Source of the DNA: Phoronis australis | Taxonomy: Eukaryota > Animalia > Phoronida | Assembly (NCBI GenBank): GCA_002633005.1 | Contig: NMRA01000926.1 | Location: forward strand, 1 to 64,000 | DNA: 64,000 bases | Direction: 5' to 3' | Part shown: piece after piece, positions 51,739-64,000 of the stretch | Layout: every line of letters begins with the position of its first letter | Position numbering within the stretch: the stretch's first letter is position 1 | Translations under genes and position numbers: made by a program | The notes under the pieces: model-generated | Databases searched by the model: none | The model's input: only the letters and a program-made list of their open reading frames with translations | What the model was told of the DNA's origin: nothing

Positions 51739-51913
51739 ATAACAGACTTTGGCCTGGCAAAAGTTGCAGACATGGACCCTGTCATCTCCAAGAGGTACAT
51801 GACGACGTTTTGTGGAACACCCAACTTCATGGCTCCGGAAATAATCGCTCAAAAGCGATACACCAATGCAGTGGACATCTTCTCCATGGGAGTCCTTTTT
51901 CAATGGATGAACG
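51739..51913 (+). CDS. Ser/Thr protein kinase, third coding exon (subdomains VII-IX)
   Basis: Acceptor ttctacag|ATA, reading ITDFGLAKVADMDPVISKRYMTTFCGTPNFMAPEIIAQKRYTNAVDIFSMGVLFQWMN (DFG, APE and DxFSxG motifs). Probable donor G|gtttgt at 51914; this 3' boundary is less certain. Confidence 0.88.
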
Positions 51914-54900
51914 GTTTGTTTTTTGTACGCATTTCTTACATATTCTAACAAAACGCCCTTACTTTGAATTAATTTGCTCAATATCTATGTATTTTGTTAA
52001 AGCGAGTTATTCTCCTTAAGAACAGACAATGGCGCGTTTTGCTTGTCAAAGAAATAGCAAACCATCTCGACGACGTGCATATTTCCGTGTGCTTAGTTCC
52101 ATTGCTTACTTTCAGAATGAAAATATTTCAAACAGTATTTACTTTAATGATCTTTTGCGACCCCTACATAATAGAGCACGTAGAAAAAAATGATGTAAAT
52201 GTCCATTTCGCCAATGCCAAACACTGTCAACTTCAAACGGAGATAACACAAGACGACGTTCCAGATTGTAGAAATAACCTGTATATTGGTGGAATTGGGG
52301 TAGTCAGGTGATGCGGACACCACACTTTCGGGAACAACCAAAACGGTCAAAACTTCCATCGTTATGAAACGGTATCATTCCACCTTCCAACCATTTTTTT
52401 CGGGAAGCAACCAGTACTGAACATTTTATTGAAAAGGTTAGGTAACACCTCCAACAGGACTTCCTTGTCCACTCTATGGAGTTCGAATTCACTGCACATT
52501 TTATCTCATCCTATACAATACATGTTACCACTTGGAATGGGCAATATACCAAGACACTGTTTGTCCATGACTTACAAGTGTTTGTTCAAAAGCCCAACAA
52601 AGGCAAATGTGAAGTTATCCACTGATTTTGTGATTGACACTGGAATAATGGTACTCAATTTTTTAAAACTTTGTGTCTTGCTATTTGCCAAATAAAAAAT
52701 ACAAGCAGACACACCAGCTGAAATGGCTAGTTTATCTGTACTGCCTCCTGTTATATCTGATATGTATGTAATGGCGTGTTCTCAATATGGCGCTCCCCAG
52801 GAATTCGACTGTCTCCGTAATGGAAGCTGTCTATTGTTGTGCTTTTCACCACCAGATGGAGCAACGTTTTTGTTCATGTGCCTTGAAAATAATTTTTCAG
52901 CGACCAACTCTCTGCCTGGTTCATTCCATTTCTCATTCACAAGGGCATTTTTAAATAATTCATGCTTCTTGCTAAGGGAAAAATTAATGATCCGACTCAA
53001 TTCTGTCGATCACGTCAAAGGCAGTGATGCGTTCAAACTTGTTGCATGAGACGATTATACTCTATTCTACTGAATTCTTGTCTACCTATTAATGCAATTT
53101 TGTTTCTTTGTATCGCCATGTAATGCACCATTAACGATGAGCATTTCGTGCAAAAAACCCGTATTCATTTGCCCCCGGTTTTTGTTTCGCTCCCTATTGC
53201 CTTGAATAGAACTCTAGTACTACGAACAAGATAACAATGTGAGGTTTCAAATTCGTTTTCAGCCAATTTCGTCAACTATTCAGTTTCAGAATGTCACCAG
53301 AATTACTAAAATCAAGTCAAAATAATCATAAACGTGTTTTTTTTTTCTTGAAATATATTGCACGACCCTTCAAGAATTTATTTACAGAGTTTTATGAAAG
53401 ACTGCGAGGAAATCGCAATTCTGTCTTTCTTGAAAACGTGTGGAGTCTGGACAATGGAAGTCATCACTTGATCGGAATACCTCCTTGAATACTGTGTCTT
53501 ACTTGTTATTTCGTTCTCCGCAAGGGTTTGAGAACACGGACGCACGTTGTGTTTCTTTGTGCAATTATCGAATAGGTTAAGTCAGCTGGTGTCTCTCATT
53601 TTTTGTCTCGCCATTTGATCAACAGGCGGGGCAGCCATTGAATATCAAAATCAACCAACTAATTCCAATTCCCCAGCCTTTGCTATTTCGTTTGATTTTG
53701 AACATGGACGCACACGGGCACAGGTTGTTTCCTTGTGCAATAACCAAATCTGTTGAGGAAAGCGCAGGGTTGTATCAAATATTCATGTGCTCTGAGGTCT
53801 AATTTGCCATTGGACAAAACGAGAACTTAGGAGTTTTTCAAAAACTTAAAATCTAAAAGTCAAGTGTGTTCCAAAAATTGTTCCAAAATAATAAAACTTT
53901 TTTCAAAAATTTAAGAGAATGTTCACAATTGAACCACGCAGAGGGTGATAAACGCTATGTCACAGATTCTCTATATATTTTCTCTGTGTGATGACACTAG
54001 TCCCACTGACTCTAGACCACCTTTATTTTTTCAAGCGCCGCCTTTTGGTTTCCATGGATACTACTTGTTTCCAGCAAGTTTTGAGCCTGGCGGCAGTTGA
54101 GTTTTAGTAAAATTTCGACAGTTACGTTACGTAGTGGTAGTAACGTTGAAATATTGAACCTGTGTTATTAAACAGGTGACCTTCGAATACTTTATTCGAT
54201 CTGTTTTTATCTGTTTTTAGAGCCGCATAAGATGAACACTTTTAGTGATTTTTGAAACTGTCAAAATTGGCTTAATTCGTATCCCGATATCTCAGTTGGC
54301 ACAGGTTTCAGAACATTTTAGTACCAACCAATGTGTTGAGCTAACTTAGATCTACAAAATAAGACAAAAAAATCTCTGGCGCGAACGGGTTTATGTCAGT
54401 TGAATTCGAAAGTGACTGGTAGTTACGCCATTTCACCACAATGAATAGCGCCGACGAACGTCAACAAAAAGTGAATATTTGCTACTAGTTGGCCAGAAAC
54501 TGCAAATCAATTTATCATTTATCAAATTTCGTCTTTTCTAGGCACCGAGGGTAATTTACTTTATTTCTGGAAAATGCTCGTAGTCATGGAATTAGGATAA
54601 TTACTGGACAAACAGCAGTAGCTTTGGCAGGACAACTTTTGCGAGATTCGAAATTCAAATGTTACTGGTTTTACAAATCTCAGTAATCTTATTCGCACGG
54701 CTAAAAGACAAAACACCGCCGATAAATCATTTTCGTAACATTTTCCTTTCGTGGTTGCCCTCTCCCCTCTTGCGGCTTTCCAAATCGTACAGTGTTGTAT
54801 GAACAACATTATTTATTTTTGGTTTTATCTGTGATTTTTCTGTTAACAAAGAAGATGCGTACTGTGAGTTAGCTCTGGAGTGTGTCTGAACAAACGTTAT

Positions 54901-56234
54901 TTTTAAGGAATCATCAAGTACATGTAGTTTTGATGCACTGCGTTGAAAGCGGAGGGCAGTGTCAAGGTGAAAGATTCATTGGCAATTACAGGCAAAGACA
55001 AAATCACTGGTGACCAGATTTCCGTGGCCCCAGTAACTTCACGTTTTGTAGTGGTATGTCCGGCTAGTCTTATCATTTTGCTATCTGTATGCAAATTGTT
55101 GTGACTGACACAAGTGAAAAATTGAAGACTTTCAAGTAGCAATGGGGGCTGACTAGATGGAACCAGGTACCATTAAGAAGATACTTCATCTGCGCAATGG
55201 GGGACACATAGCACATAGTTGAAAAACTGTGTGTGACTAGTTGTGAGAAGTTTAAAGAAGTGAATTCAAATTACAATACAGCCACTGAATTATTAGACTC
55301 TGTCCGGTGTCTCTCCGGTCTAGCCACCCGTGACCGTAACCGGAGACAGACCGGAGAGTGAGACGTGAATCAACAGTGACAGCTGGCGTGAGCCTAAGCG
55401 TGACTGTACTCGGAGCTTACCGCGAGTTAGGGTGAAGGAAGCGCGAGCCAGCCGTGAGCCAGGCACGAGTTTACCTGCATCGCAGATGAAAAAGTAATTT
55501 ATTAAAATTATATCAATAACTAGCAGCGATGTGTGTATTCTCATAGACTTTTGCTCATGTGAGGTTTATTTTTTTGAAATCGTCACGTTCAGCAAAAGAC
55601 CAAAATTTCCTTCTCAAATCTTAATTCACTTCAGGAAACAGACATGTGGACTCTACTTTCACTTATATATAATTATTTGTTTTTTATATAAACTAATAAA
55701 GAATCTTAACACGCGTGTACATGACAGAAATATTCAATTCAATTGCCTTCACGATATGAAGGAGTATAGCATGTCAATTCGGAGAACTTTGATCCCAAGT
55801 TCCGGCTTCATGTGGAGAAAATTGATCGTGCCCATGCATTTGACGAGTCAAACAGATCACTGCTATTATTATTTTAGTGAAAAAGTACCAGTCCTCTAGA
55901 GGGCAAAGGTATCCTGTTCCAGCCATTACTTGACGGTATAAATGCCTCATGTTGTAAGCATGATCTGATTTTCATCCAATACAGAGGTCATGTCAAAGAA
56001 GTGAGGGTGACAAAGGCTGCTTTCAGTATATAGTCCATAATTACACGAGAAGTATTATATTGTAGCTCATGTTTTTCCATGACTTCTCAACAGACAAACA
56101 ATATCCAGCACATAATCTTTGAAACAGTCACGAGTTCAAAATATAGCTTCATGCACATTGGGTCCTAATTGCTCAAGTCTTTCTTGAGCTTTAATAGCAA
56201 GACTACCAACTTTTCTTAGGCAAAATCACAACAG

Positions 56235-56820
56235 AGATATCTAAATAGGGTAACTGATCTACATGTAAGTGCTAATGGACTGGCTCAAACATGACACTAT
56301 TCAAAATCAGGTGATATGGCTTACGTGTTCCTCCTCATCCCATACTGTACACGTACATGTAACTCCTCAGTTTGTATATACAATGTTGGATCACTTTAAA
56401 TTAAAAAATGATATTTAATGCGGCTACAGTCTGGTTTAACACTCATAGCCCAGTTAATCTATACAAAGTAGCATGGAAAACATGAAATGTCTAAAGGTGT
56501 TAAAATACCTAGATGTCAGTGAATTGGCTCAAGCATGACACTCCTGATGTTAATCATTCAAAATACAGGGTGAAATCGGAACTTCCCTTAACTCACCATC
56601 ACATGCTGTACAAATTACTCGTCATTCTGTTGGAACAAATTAAAGTCAGGATGATATTTAATGTGACTGCAATCTGGTTTAACACTGGTCATCCAGTTAA
56701 GTGGTACAAAGTTGCATGGAAAAACGCGATATCTAAATGTGTTCCTTGATCTAAATGCCAGTGAACTGGTTCAAGCATGACATTCCCAAAGTTAACCTTT
56801 CAAAATACATGGCCCCTCAC
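56235..56820 (+). repeat. Diverged tandem repeat, ~243 bp period
   Basis: tgg.tcaa.catgaca..ttcaaaat recurs at ~56280, 56525 and 56767. Confidence 0.7.
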
Positions 56821-57199
56821 TCAACTTGTCATCACATATAGTACCTGAAAATCGCCAATCTGCCTTTCCTTAAGCTTGTACATAAGACAACACCTAGATG
56901 AGGCCTCGCTTTTAGTTAAGTGAGCGTAATATGAATTTGAAAGATGAAAACTGTTATACCAGCGTTTTAAATAAATTGGACAACGAAGTTTCAACCAGAA
57001 CAATGGCTATATATCCTAAATTTTACTGACAAAATCATAAGTGTTGCTATACTGCATTTTGCATACACCTCCGTTTCTACAATATATCAATTACAACTGT
57101 TTAAATCACTCAGGAAATCCAATAGATTGTACAATGTTTGGGCGAAGATGAAATCCGGAGTATTCCTGGACATCACTGAATGTCAACTTCATTATCTCC

Positions 57200-57353
57200 C
57201 TAATTTGACCATTTTCCAACGCGGTTCAAAGCAGCCAAGCGTGAAAAGAAACCTTTATCCTGCTGTGGTGTCAGCCAGCCTTCCTCCCTAAACTGCTTAT
57301 TTGTCTTCATCGCCTGTGCAGTTCTTGTGGGGTCTGCTTTGTTGTTCTACTCT
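57200..57353 (-). pseudogene. Sola3-like transposase C-terminal exon relic (second lineage)
   Basis: After the acceptor ttttcag it reads E*NNKADPTRTAQAMKTNKQFREEGWLTPQQDKGFFSRLAALNRVGK, the same motif as in the 28/39 kb copies. Further possible exon remnants lie at 58272-58740. Confidence 0.6.
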
Positions 57354-59029
57354 CTGAAAAATGACAGGTAGTTTGTAACACTCTCGAATTATACACTTCT
57401 TGCAGAACTTTGCAGAGCCCAGCCCCTACACAGGCGTGACTGTCTCTGTGTGATCCAATGATTTAAGCTGAGACAATTTTGACCCATGATGTGTAATATG
57501 TAAAATGATCTTCAATACAACCCGAAAAAAACACTGTGGGTTTATTTTTGCTAGTTCGACTGGATTCCTTTGAATATCCACAGGATATCATATCCAGATC
57601 CTAAATTTCGACATAGTGGGACTCCTAAAACATAACCACATACTATGATTTCAAGAATTACACAATTCACTGAAAGCCGAAGTAAAAACAAATTGTGTCA
57701 TGCAAGTTGTCAGTTGAAATTGGAATTTAGAATGATATGAATAAAACCTTCATCAATTTGTATAGGAAACATACATCCTGTAATGAACTAAAAAGAAGTT
57801 AAAGTCAATGAGATATTGCATTTTTCGCTTCCAACATATGGCCCCAAGATTCACATAATCTCGTACTAAATTTACAACAAACACAAGACACTACTAGTAA
57901 GTGGACTGAATAGCGACATGACAGGTATATACTTTGATTTAGGAACTCAGGACTGTTCATCACTTTTTACTTTGATGCAGGCATATGACTACTAGATTTC
58001 ACCAGTGGCCACAACAAAAAGTTCTGTCTATCCAGTTCAGAAACAAGTACTGTTGTTGCATTTTTATGATACATGCATGTTCACTCAGTTTGTGAATTTC
58101 CTGAAAGGAGAACCAGTAACTTGCACTGCAGGGTACTGTATTAGAATAACAACTGTTGTTTCTAGTGGTGCTAACTGGTTCTCGAATCAGGTATCCTTAA
58201 AACTGACTACTACCGCCAAAATTCTGCCATCATGTGATAGCCTCAAATTCAAGCAAAGTAGTAGTAGTACTCACCAAATCCATCAGGGATGAACACATGC
58301 ATTGACATTGTTGAATTCCAGTGGAAGTAAGTTGACTTTTACTTTTCAACCAGCATCGTCATTTCAGGCTGGGCACGCAAGCTACTGCTAATGAAATGGG
58401 TGCTTGCACAGTATACTTGGTTTCCATAGAGTTCCAAAAGTAGCCCGGTGTCTTGCCCTTGCCTCGGACGCAGTCACACAGTCATACATGTAGATGCGGT
58501 GAACACGTACAAGTAAATTGCCTGACTCTTGCCAAAATCAGTTCCCTCACAGTTTGTAGGTGTGGTGTCTTGGTACTCACATTATGTTGAATCAAGATTT
58601 CACACATGTGCAGAGAATTTTCTTTTGAGGTCCCACACACTTCATCACACTTCACCATAACAGTTAATACTGCAAGTCAAGAGCATTAGCCATTTTGCCA
58701 CCACTCATGTGACACCTGTTGTTGGACACTGGGTGCACGAAAAACGCGGAGTTTTAATGAAAACAGAAACATACTTTAAACAATTGCACTTGACTTAATG
58801 ACACTAAACTAAATATTATTAAAACAGCTTTTGAATTAAAACTATACACTCTACTGATGTTGTAGTGTTACAAACAGGTATCGGCATTGAAGTAAATTTC
58901 CACTCAGGTGGTTGTTAGAATCTTGCGATTCCTATAGGAAAATGCTCAGCGCCAGAAGATTTTATTGTATCATTCACTGTCACTAAGATATATAAATTAT
59001 TACATGGCGAAGTCGTTATCCCCCGTTAT

Positions 59030-62000
59030 CTAGAGCCCGAGTGGATTCTGGAGAATTATGGTGCTAATAATGGACTCTGCGCGTGCGCATTACTGCAATT
59101 GTTATGGGAAGTTACTGACAGCAACCGTTTACCAATATGAAAAGTAATTCTTCAAAATTGTAGGAGAAATTACATGTTAATATTTTGATGACCTTTCCAC
59201 TAATTGAACTCTTTAGGTGCATTATTAGCCTCGATGAGGGAATACATGTAAACTCAATTAAAAGTGTGGTTAAAGCTAAGAATTACAGATGTTTTACTTT
59301 AAGCATTTCAGAATACAAGATGAATGAATTGGTGAAACTTTCAGAAGAAAAATGCATCTAATGACACCATGGGTGCACCAAATGACCTGAAAATATATAA
59401 TTCAAACTCAATCGCATTTAGTAAACAAATATGTGATTTTGAAGTCTCTAGCTCAAAATTTTAGTTTTCACTCAATGACATTTGACGTATTTTTTTCTGG
59501 TTGGTTAGGCCTATTGCCAATGTGCTGAAATGGAAAAGAATTCCTCAAAAAATGTAGGAGATGTAACATTTTGAACGTTGGGTGACCTTTGCACTAATTG
59601 ACCATATCCGGTGCATTATAGCGTCTTGAGGAGAATTATTGCAAAGCTCGTGAAAAGTGTGTTTAATGCTGAGAATCACAGTTGTCTAACGTTTGACACA
59701 TTAGAATACTTGGTGAGGGAAAAGGACAGATTTTCTGAAGAAAAATGCACCCAATGACCCATGATTGCACTAAATGACCTGAAAGTTCGTACTTTAAATT
59801 GAATTAGACGTACAGTGTACCAATCGGACTTGTGAATTTGAAGTGTCTAGCTCAAAATTTTAGTTTACACTCAATGACCTTTGACCTATTTTCTCTGATT
59901 GGATGATCCTATTGCTTAATAAAATAGGGTATTTCATTGGCATATAGGTTTACAACAATGTGCTGGAATTGAAGAGAATTCCTTGAAAAATGAAGAAGAA
60001 ATGAAATTTTCAAAAGTAGATAACCTTTGCACTAATTGACCCTATCCGGTGCATTATAAGCGTCTTGAGGAGAATTATTGCAAAGACCATGAAAATGTGT
60101 TTAATGCTGAGAATCACAATTGTCTAACAGTTGATAAATCAGAATACTTGGTGAATGAAAAGGTCAAGTTTTCAGAAGAAAAATGCACCTAATGGCCTCA
60201 TGTTAGCACTAAATGACCTGAAATTTTGGCTTCCGAATTGAATTACCTTTGCCATTCAGACCTGTGAATTTGAAGTGAGTAGCTCAAAATCTTTGTTTGC
60301 ACCTAATGACCTTTGATCCTTTAATCTGATTGGATGACTCGATTACTTAGAAAAGTAAATTTTTAAATTGCCTTATTGACTTATACCTTTGTACCGAATT
60401 TGAAAAGAGTAGCTTTAAAAACAAAGAAGGGTAGCATTTTGAAAATTATATGACCTTTGCACCAAATGACTTCTTTGGGTGCAATATGGAATATGATTAT
60501 ATAGCTAATCAAAATTTTTGTACTGTCAAAAAAGATATGCTGAATTTAAAGAACGTAGCTATTAAGCCTCAAAGTTGGTCGGAAGAAGAATAAGAAGAAC
60601 TAGAAAGATTATTTTCACGGCGTGACAACAATGGACTCTACGCGTTTGTATTAAACGAATTGTTATGGGAAGTTACCGACAGCAACCCGTTAACCAATTT
60701 GAAAAGGAATTCTTTAAAACTGTAGGAAAAATAACATGTTAATATTTTGATTACCTTTCCACTAATTGACTTCTTTCGGTGCATTATGAGCCCGGATGAG
60801 GGAATAATTGTAAACTCGATTAAAAGTGTGGTTAACGCTAATAATCACAGATGTTTTACTTTAAGCACTTTAGAATACAACTTGAATGAATTTGTCGAAC
60901 TTTCAGAAGAAAAAATGCACCTAATGACCCAATGGGTGCACCAAATGACCTGACAATTTAGAATACAAACGCAACCACATTTACTAAACAGATATGTAAT
61001 TCTGAAGACTCTAGATCAAAATTTTAGTTTGCACGCAATGACCTTTGACCTATTTTTCTCATTGGTTAGGCCTATTGCATAGTGAAGTAGGACGTTCGAT
61101 TGGCATGGTGACTGACATCCGTGTGCTGAACTTGAAAAGAATTCTTTGAAAAATGTAGGGAATATAACATTTTTACCGTTAGATGGCCTTTGCACTTATT
61201 GACCCTGTCCGGTGCATTGTAAGCGTCTTTAGGAGAATCATTGCAAATCCCGTGAAAAGTGTGGTTAGTACTGAGAATCACCTTTGTTTAAAGGTTGACA
61301 CTTCAGAATACTTATTGAATGAAAAGGACAAATTTTCAGAAGAAAAATGCACCTAATGACCCCACGGTTGCACTAAATGACCTGAAACCTCGTATTTCAA
61401 ATTGAATTGGACGTACCAATCAGACTTGTGATTTTGAAGTGTCTAGCTCAAAATTTTGGTTTGTACTTAATGACCTTTGACCTTTTAAACCTGATTGGAT
61501 GACTCGATTTCTTAGAAAAGTATTTTTTTAGTTTTTTTATTGACCATACGTGTTCACCGAATTCGAAAAAGATATCTTTACAACAAAGGAAGAGCTAGCA
61601 TTTTGAAAATTACAAGACCTTTGCACTAAGTGACCTCTTCCGATGCATTATAAGCCTGTTTGGTAGAATTTTTGCAAAGCTCGTGTTCAGTGTGTTAAAT
61701 GCAGATAATTGCAGTTGTCTAACTGTTGACTCATCAGAATACTTGGTGAACGAAAAGGACAAATTTTCAGAAGAAAAATGTACCTAATGATCCCATGTTT
61801 GCACTAAATAACCTGAAACTTTGGATTTCGAATTGAATTTCCTGTGCCGATCAGACGTGTGAATTTGAACGGTCTAGCACAAAATCTTAGTTTGCACCTA
61901 ATGACCTTTGACCTGTTAAACCTGATTGGATGATCCAATTACTTTTAAAAATAATTTTTGAAATTGTCTTTTTGACTTATACCTGTGCACCGAATTTGAA

Positions 62001-64000
62001 AAGAATATTTTTAAAAATGAAGGAGTCGCATTTTAAAAATTACATGACCTTGGCACCAAATGACCTCTTACGGTGCATTATGGAACATGATTATACAACG
62101 AATCAAAATTCATGTGCTGCTTAAAATTATAAATTAAATTTGAAGAACATACCTGCAACCATTTTGGAGTTATTAACTGTCAAAGTTGGTCAGAAGAAGA
62201 ACAAGAATAAGAAGAATAAGAAATAGAACGCAATTGCGTATGCGCACTTACAACTCTGCCCATGGTGTACGCACATGCAGAATGGAGTACAGGCGCATTA
62301 CATTGCATAGAAGTTGCATCTTTTGTGTGAAAGAAAGTGATGTCCCTGGTAACTATGAAAGAGCAAGAGTGAAATTTAGAATATCAAGTGAAAACTGCAC
62401 TTAATGACCCCACAGTTGCACCTAATGACCCTAAAATTTGTGAATGGATTTCCTTTGCGAATGAAAATGATATGCATGATTATGTAAAGTCTAGCTCAAA
62501 AATCTCTTTTGCACTTACTGACCTTTCTCCCAGAAATTCGGTTCAGTTGATCAGATCGAAATTCCATGTAAGTTGTATGTTCTCTTATATGGCACCAAAA
62601 TTGAAAAGGCAATCTCAAAAGTCGCAGGAAAAGCACTTCAAAGAATTACACTGCTTGACCCTCTTGAGGTCCTATAGTGCATTTTGGGTATTATCATTAG
62701 AATTTGATCGGCAATTGGTTGAACCACCATGAATTTGAACGCTCTGCCTAATGCATCATTTAAGTTCAAGCTGATTAAAAAGTCTTAAATTTTACACAAA
62801 ACTGCATATAGTGACCCCAAAGTTTGGCACCAAACTTCCTTTATGAATGGTAATCACTTGCATGATTATGAAACCTGAAGCTCAAAAATCACTTTTGCAC
62901 TTAATGACCTTTGACCCGGAAACTCGGTTCCTTTGATCTGATTGAAATTCCAAGTAAATTTGGGATGCAGATCTCTAGTGCCTTCTTGCTATCAAAAATC
63001 GAAGATTCTACATGTATCTAAAAACCTGTAGAAGGAGAAGCAATTCAAAGGAAAGCACTCCTTGACCCTTTTTGGGGCAATCCGGTGCATTTTGAGTCAA
63101 ATCCATGGGATCAATAGAATTTGATCAGCAATTGGTTGAACCACCATGAATTTGAACGCTCTCACTAATGCATCAATTAAGTACAAGCTTTTTGAAAAAG
63201 TCTTAAATTTAACAGAAAAGTGCATTTAATGACCCCAAAGTTGCACCCAGTGACCCCAAAGTTTGTGACTGAACTTCATTTATGAATGGTAATCACATGC
63301 ATGATTATGAAAGGTCTAGCCCAAAAATCACTTTTGCACTTAATGACCTTTGACTCGGAAACTCGGTTCCCTTGGTCAGATTCATTTGGAAATCCGTGTA
63401 AATTTCTGATGCACTTCTTTAGTCCCTACTTGTTAACAAAATTCGAAGAATATATCTAAAAAACTATAGAAGAAGCATTTCGAAAAAATGCACTCCTTCA
63501 CCCGTTTCAGGTCATCCTAGTGCATTTAGGGTCGAAAAAATATTACCAATATAAACTCTTTAACTATCGTATCAATAACAATGAATATTATTGTTCTAAT
63601 TGAATGAATGTAAGTGTAATAACAACATGAAAAGGAAGGGAGAAGAACAAGAATAAGAACTAGAACGCAATCTCGTATGCGCACTTACAACTCTGCGCGT
63701 GGTGTATGCATGTGCATAGTGAAGTATAGGGGCATTGTATTGCATAGAAGTTGCATCCTATGTGTGAAAGAGAGAGATGTCCCTGGTAACTATGAAAGAG
63801 CAAGAGTAAACAGTAAGAATATCAACGGAAAACTGCACTTAATGACTACACAGTTGTACCTAATGACCCCAAAGTTTGTGACTGAATTTTCTTTACGAAT
63901 GAAAACTATATACGTGATTATGTGAGGTTTAGCTCAAAAATCACTTTTGCACTTAATGACCTTTGATCCAGAAACTTGGTACCCTTAATCCAATTTCAAT
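59030..64000. repeat. Head-to-tail array of HINE-like elements with internal ~400-430 bp subrepeats
   Basis: Units start at ~59030 and 60598 (family 1) and at 62221 and 63658 (family 2), joined by GAAGAAGAATAAG microsatellites followed by AA(C/A)TAGAA. The subrepeat anchor aaaatgcacctaatgaccc and variants occur at ~59350, 59745, 60180, 60915, 61345, 61775, 62395, 63220 and 63833. Confidence 0.75.

Noticed and set aside
51994-52440. Candidate fourth kinase exon
   Set aside because: The phase-compatible frame from 52308 stops after 37 codons with no kinase motif, and the acceptor lacks a pyrimidine tract.

Overview
AT-rich eukaryotic genomic DNA. The repeat spectrum suggests a marine invertebrate, but that is inference. 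There are three assembly gaps, and I found no prokaryotic features and no CRISPR array. One host gene is recognisable: a spliced Ser/Thr protein kinase on the + strand with coding exons at 8618-8725, 51002-51301 and 51739-51913. Its C-terminal exon(s) were not identified, and its first coding intron is about 42.3 kb. That intron and the flanks are a stack of nested transposons: an ISL2EU-like relic with a SAP/YqaJ gene, L2/CR1-group LINE relics, three copies of a TTAA-targeting Sola3-like element, a THAP-bearing Kolobok, an Academ element holding an LTR rich in heat-shock elements, Helentron-type (HINE-like) arrays, Harbinger-type and 5-bp-TSD MITEs, a tRNA-derived SINE and a foldback-like higher-order repeat. 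Two signals stand out. One is a 5'-complete L1/Tx1 element with a near-precise twin-priming-type inversion bounded by a 15-bp TSD. The other is a strong excess of TACATGTA, which behaves like a 6-bp transposon excision scar. Family names come from recalled motifs and terminal structures, not from database searches.
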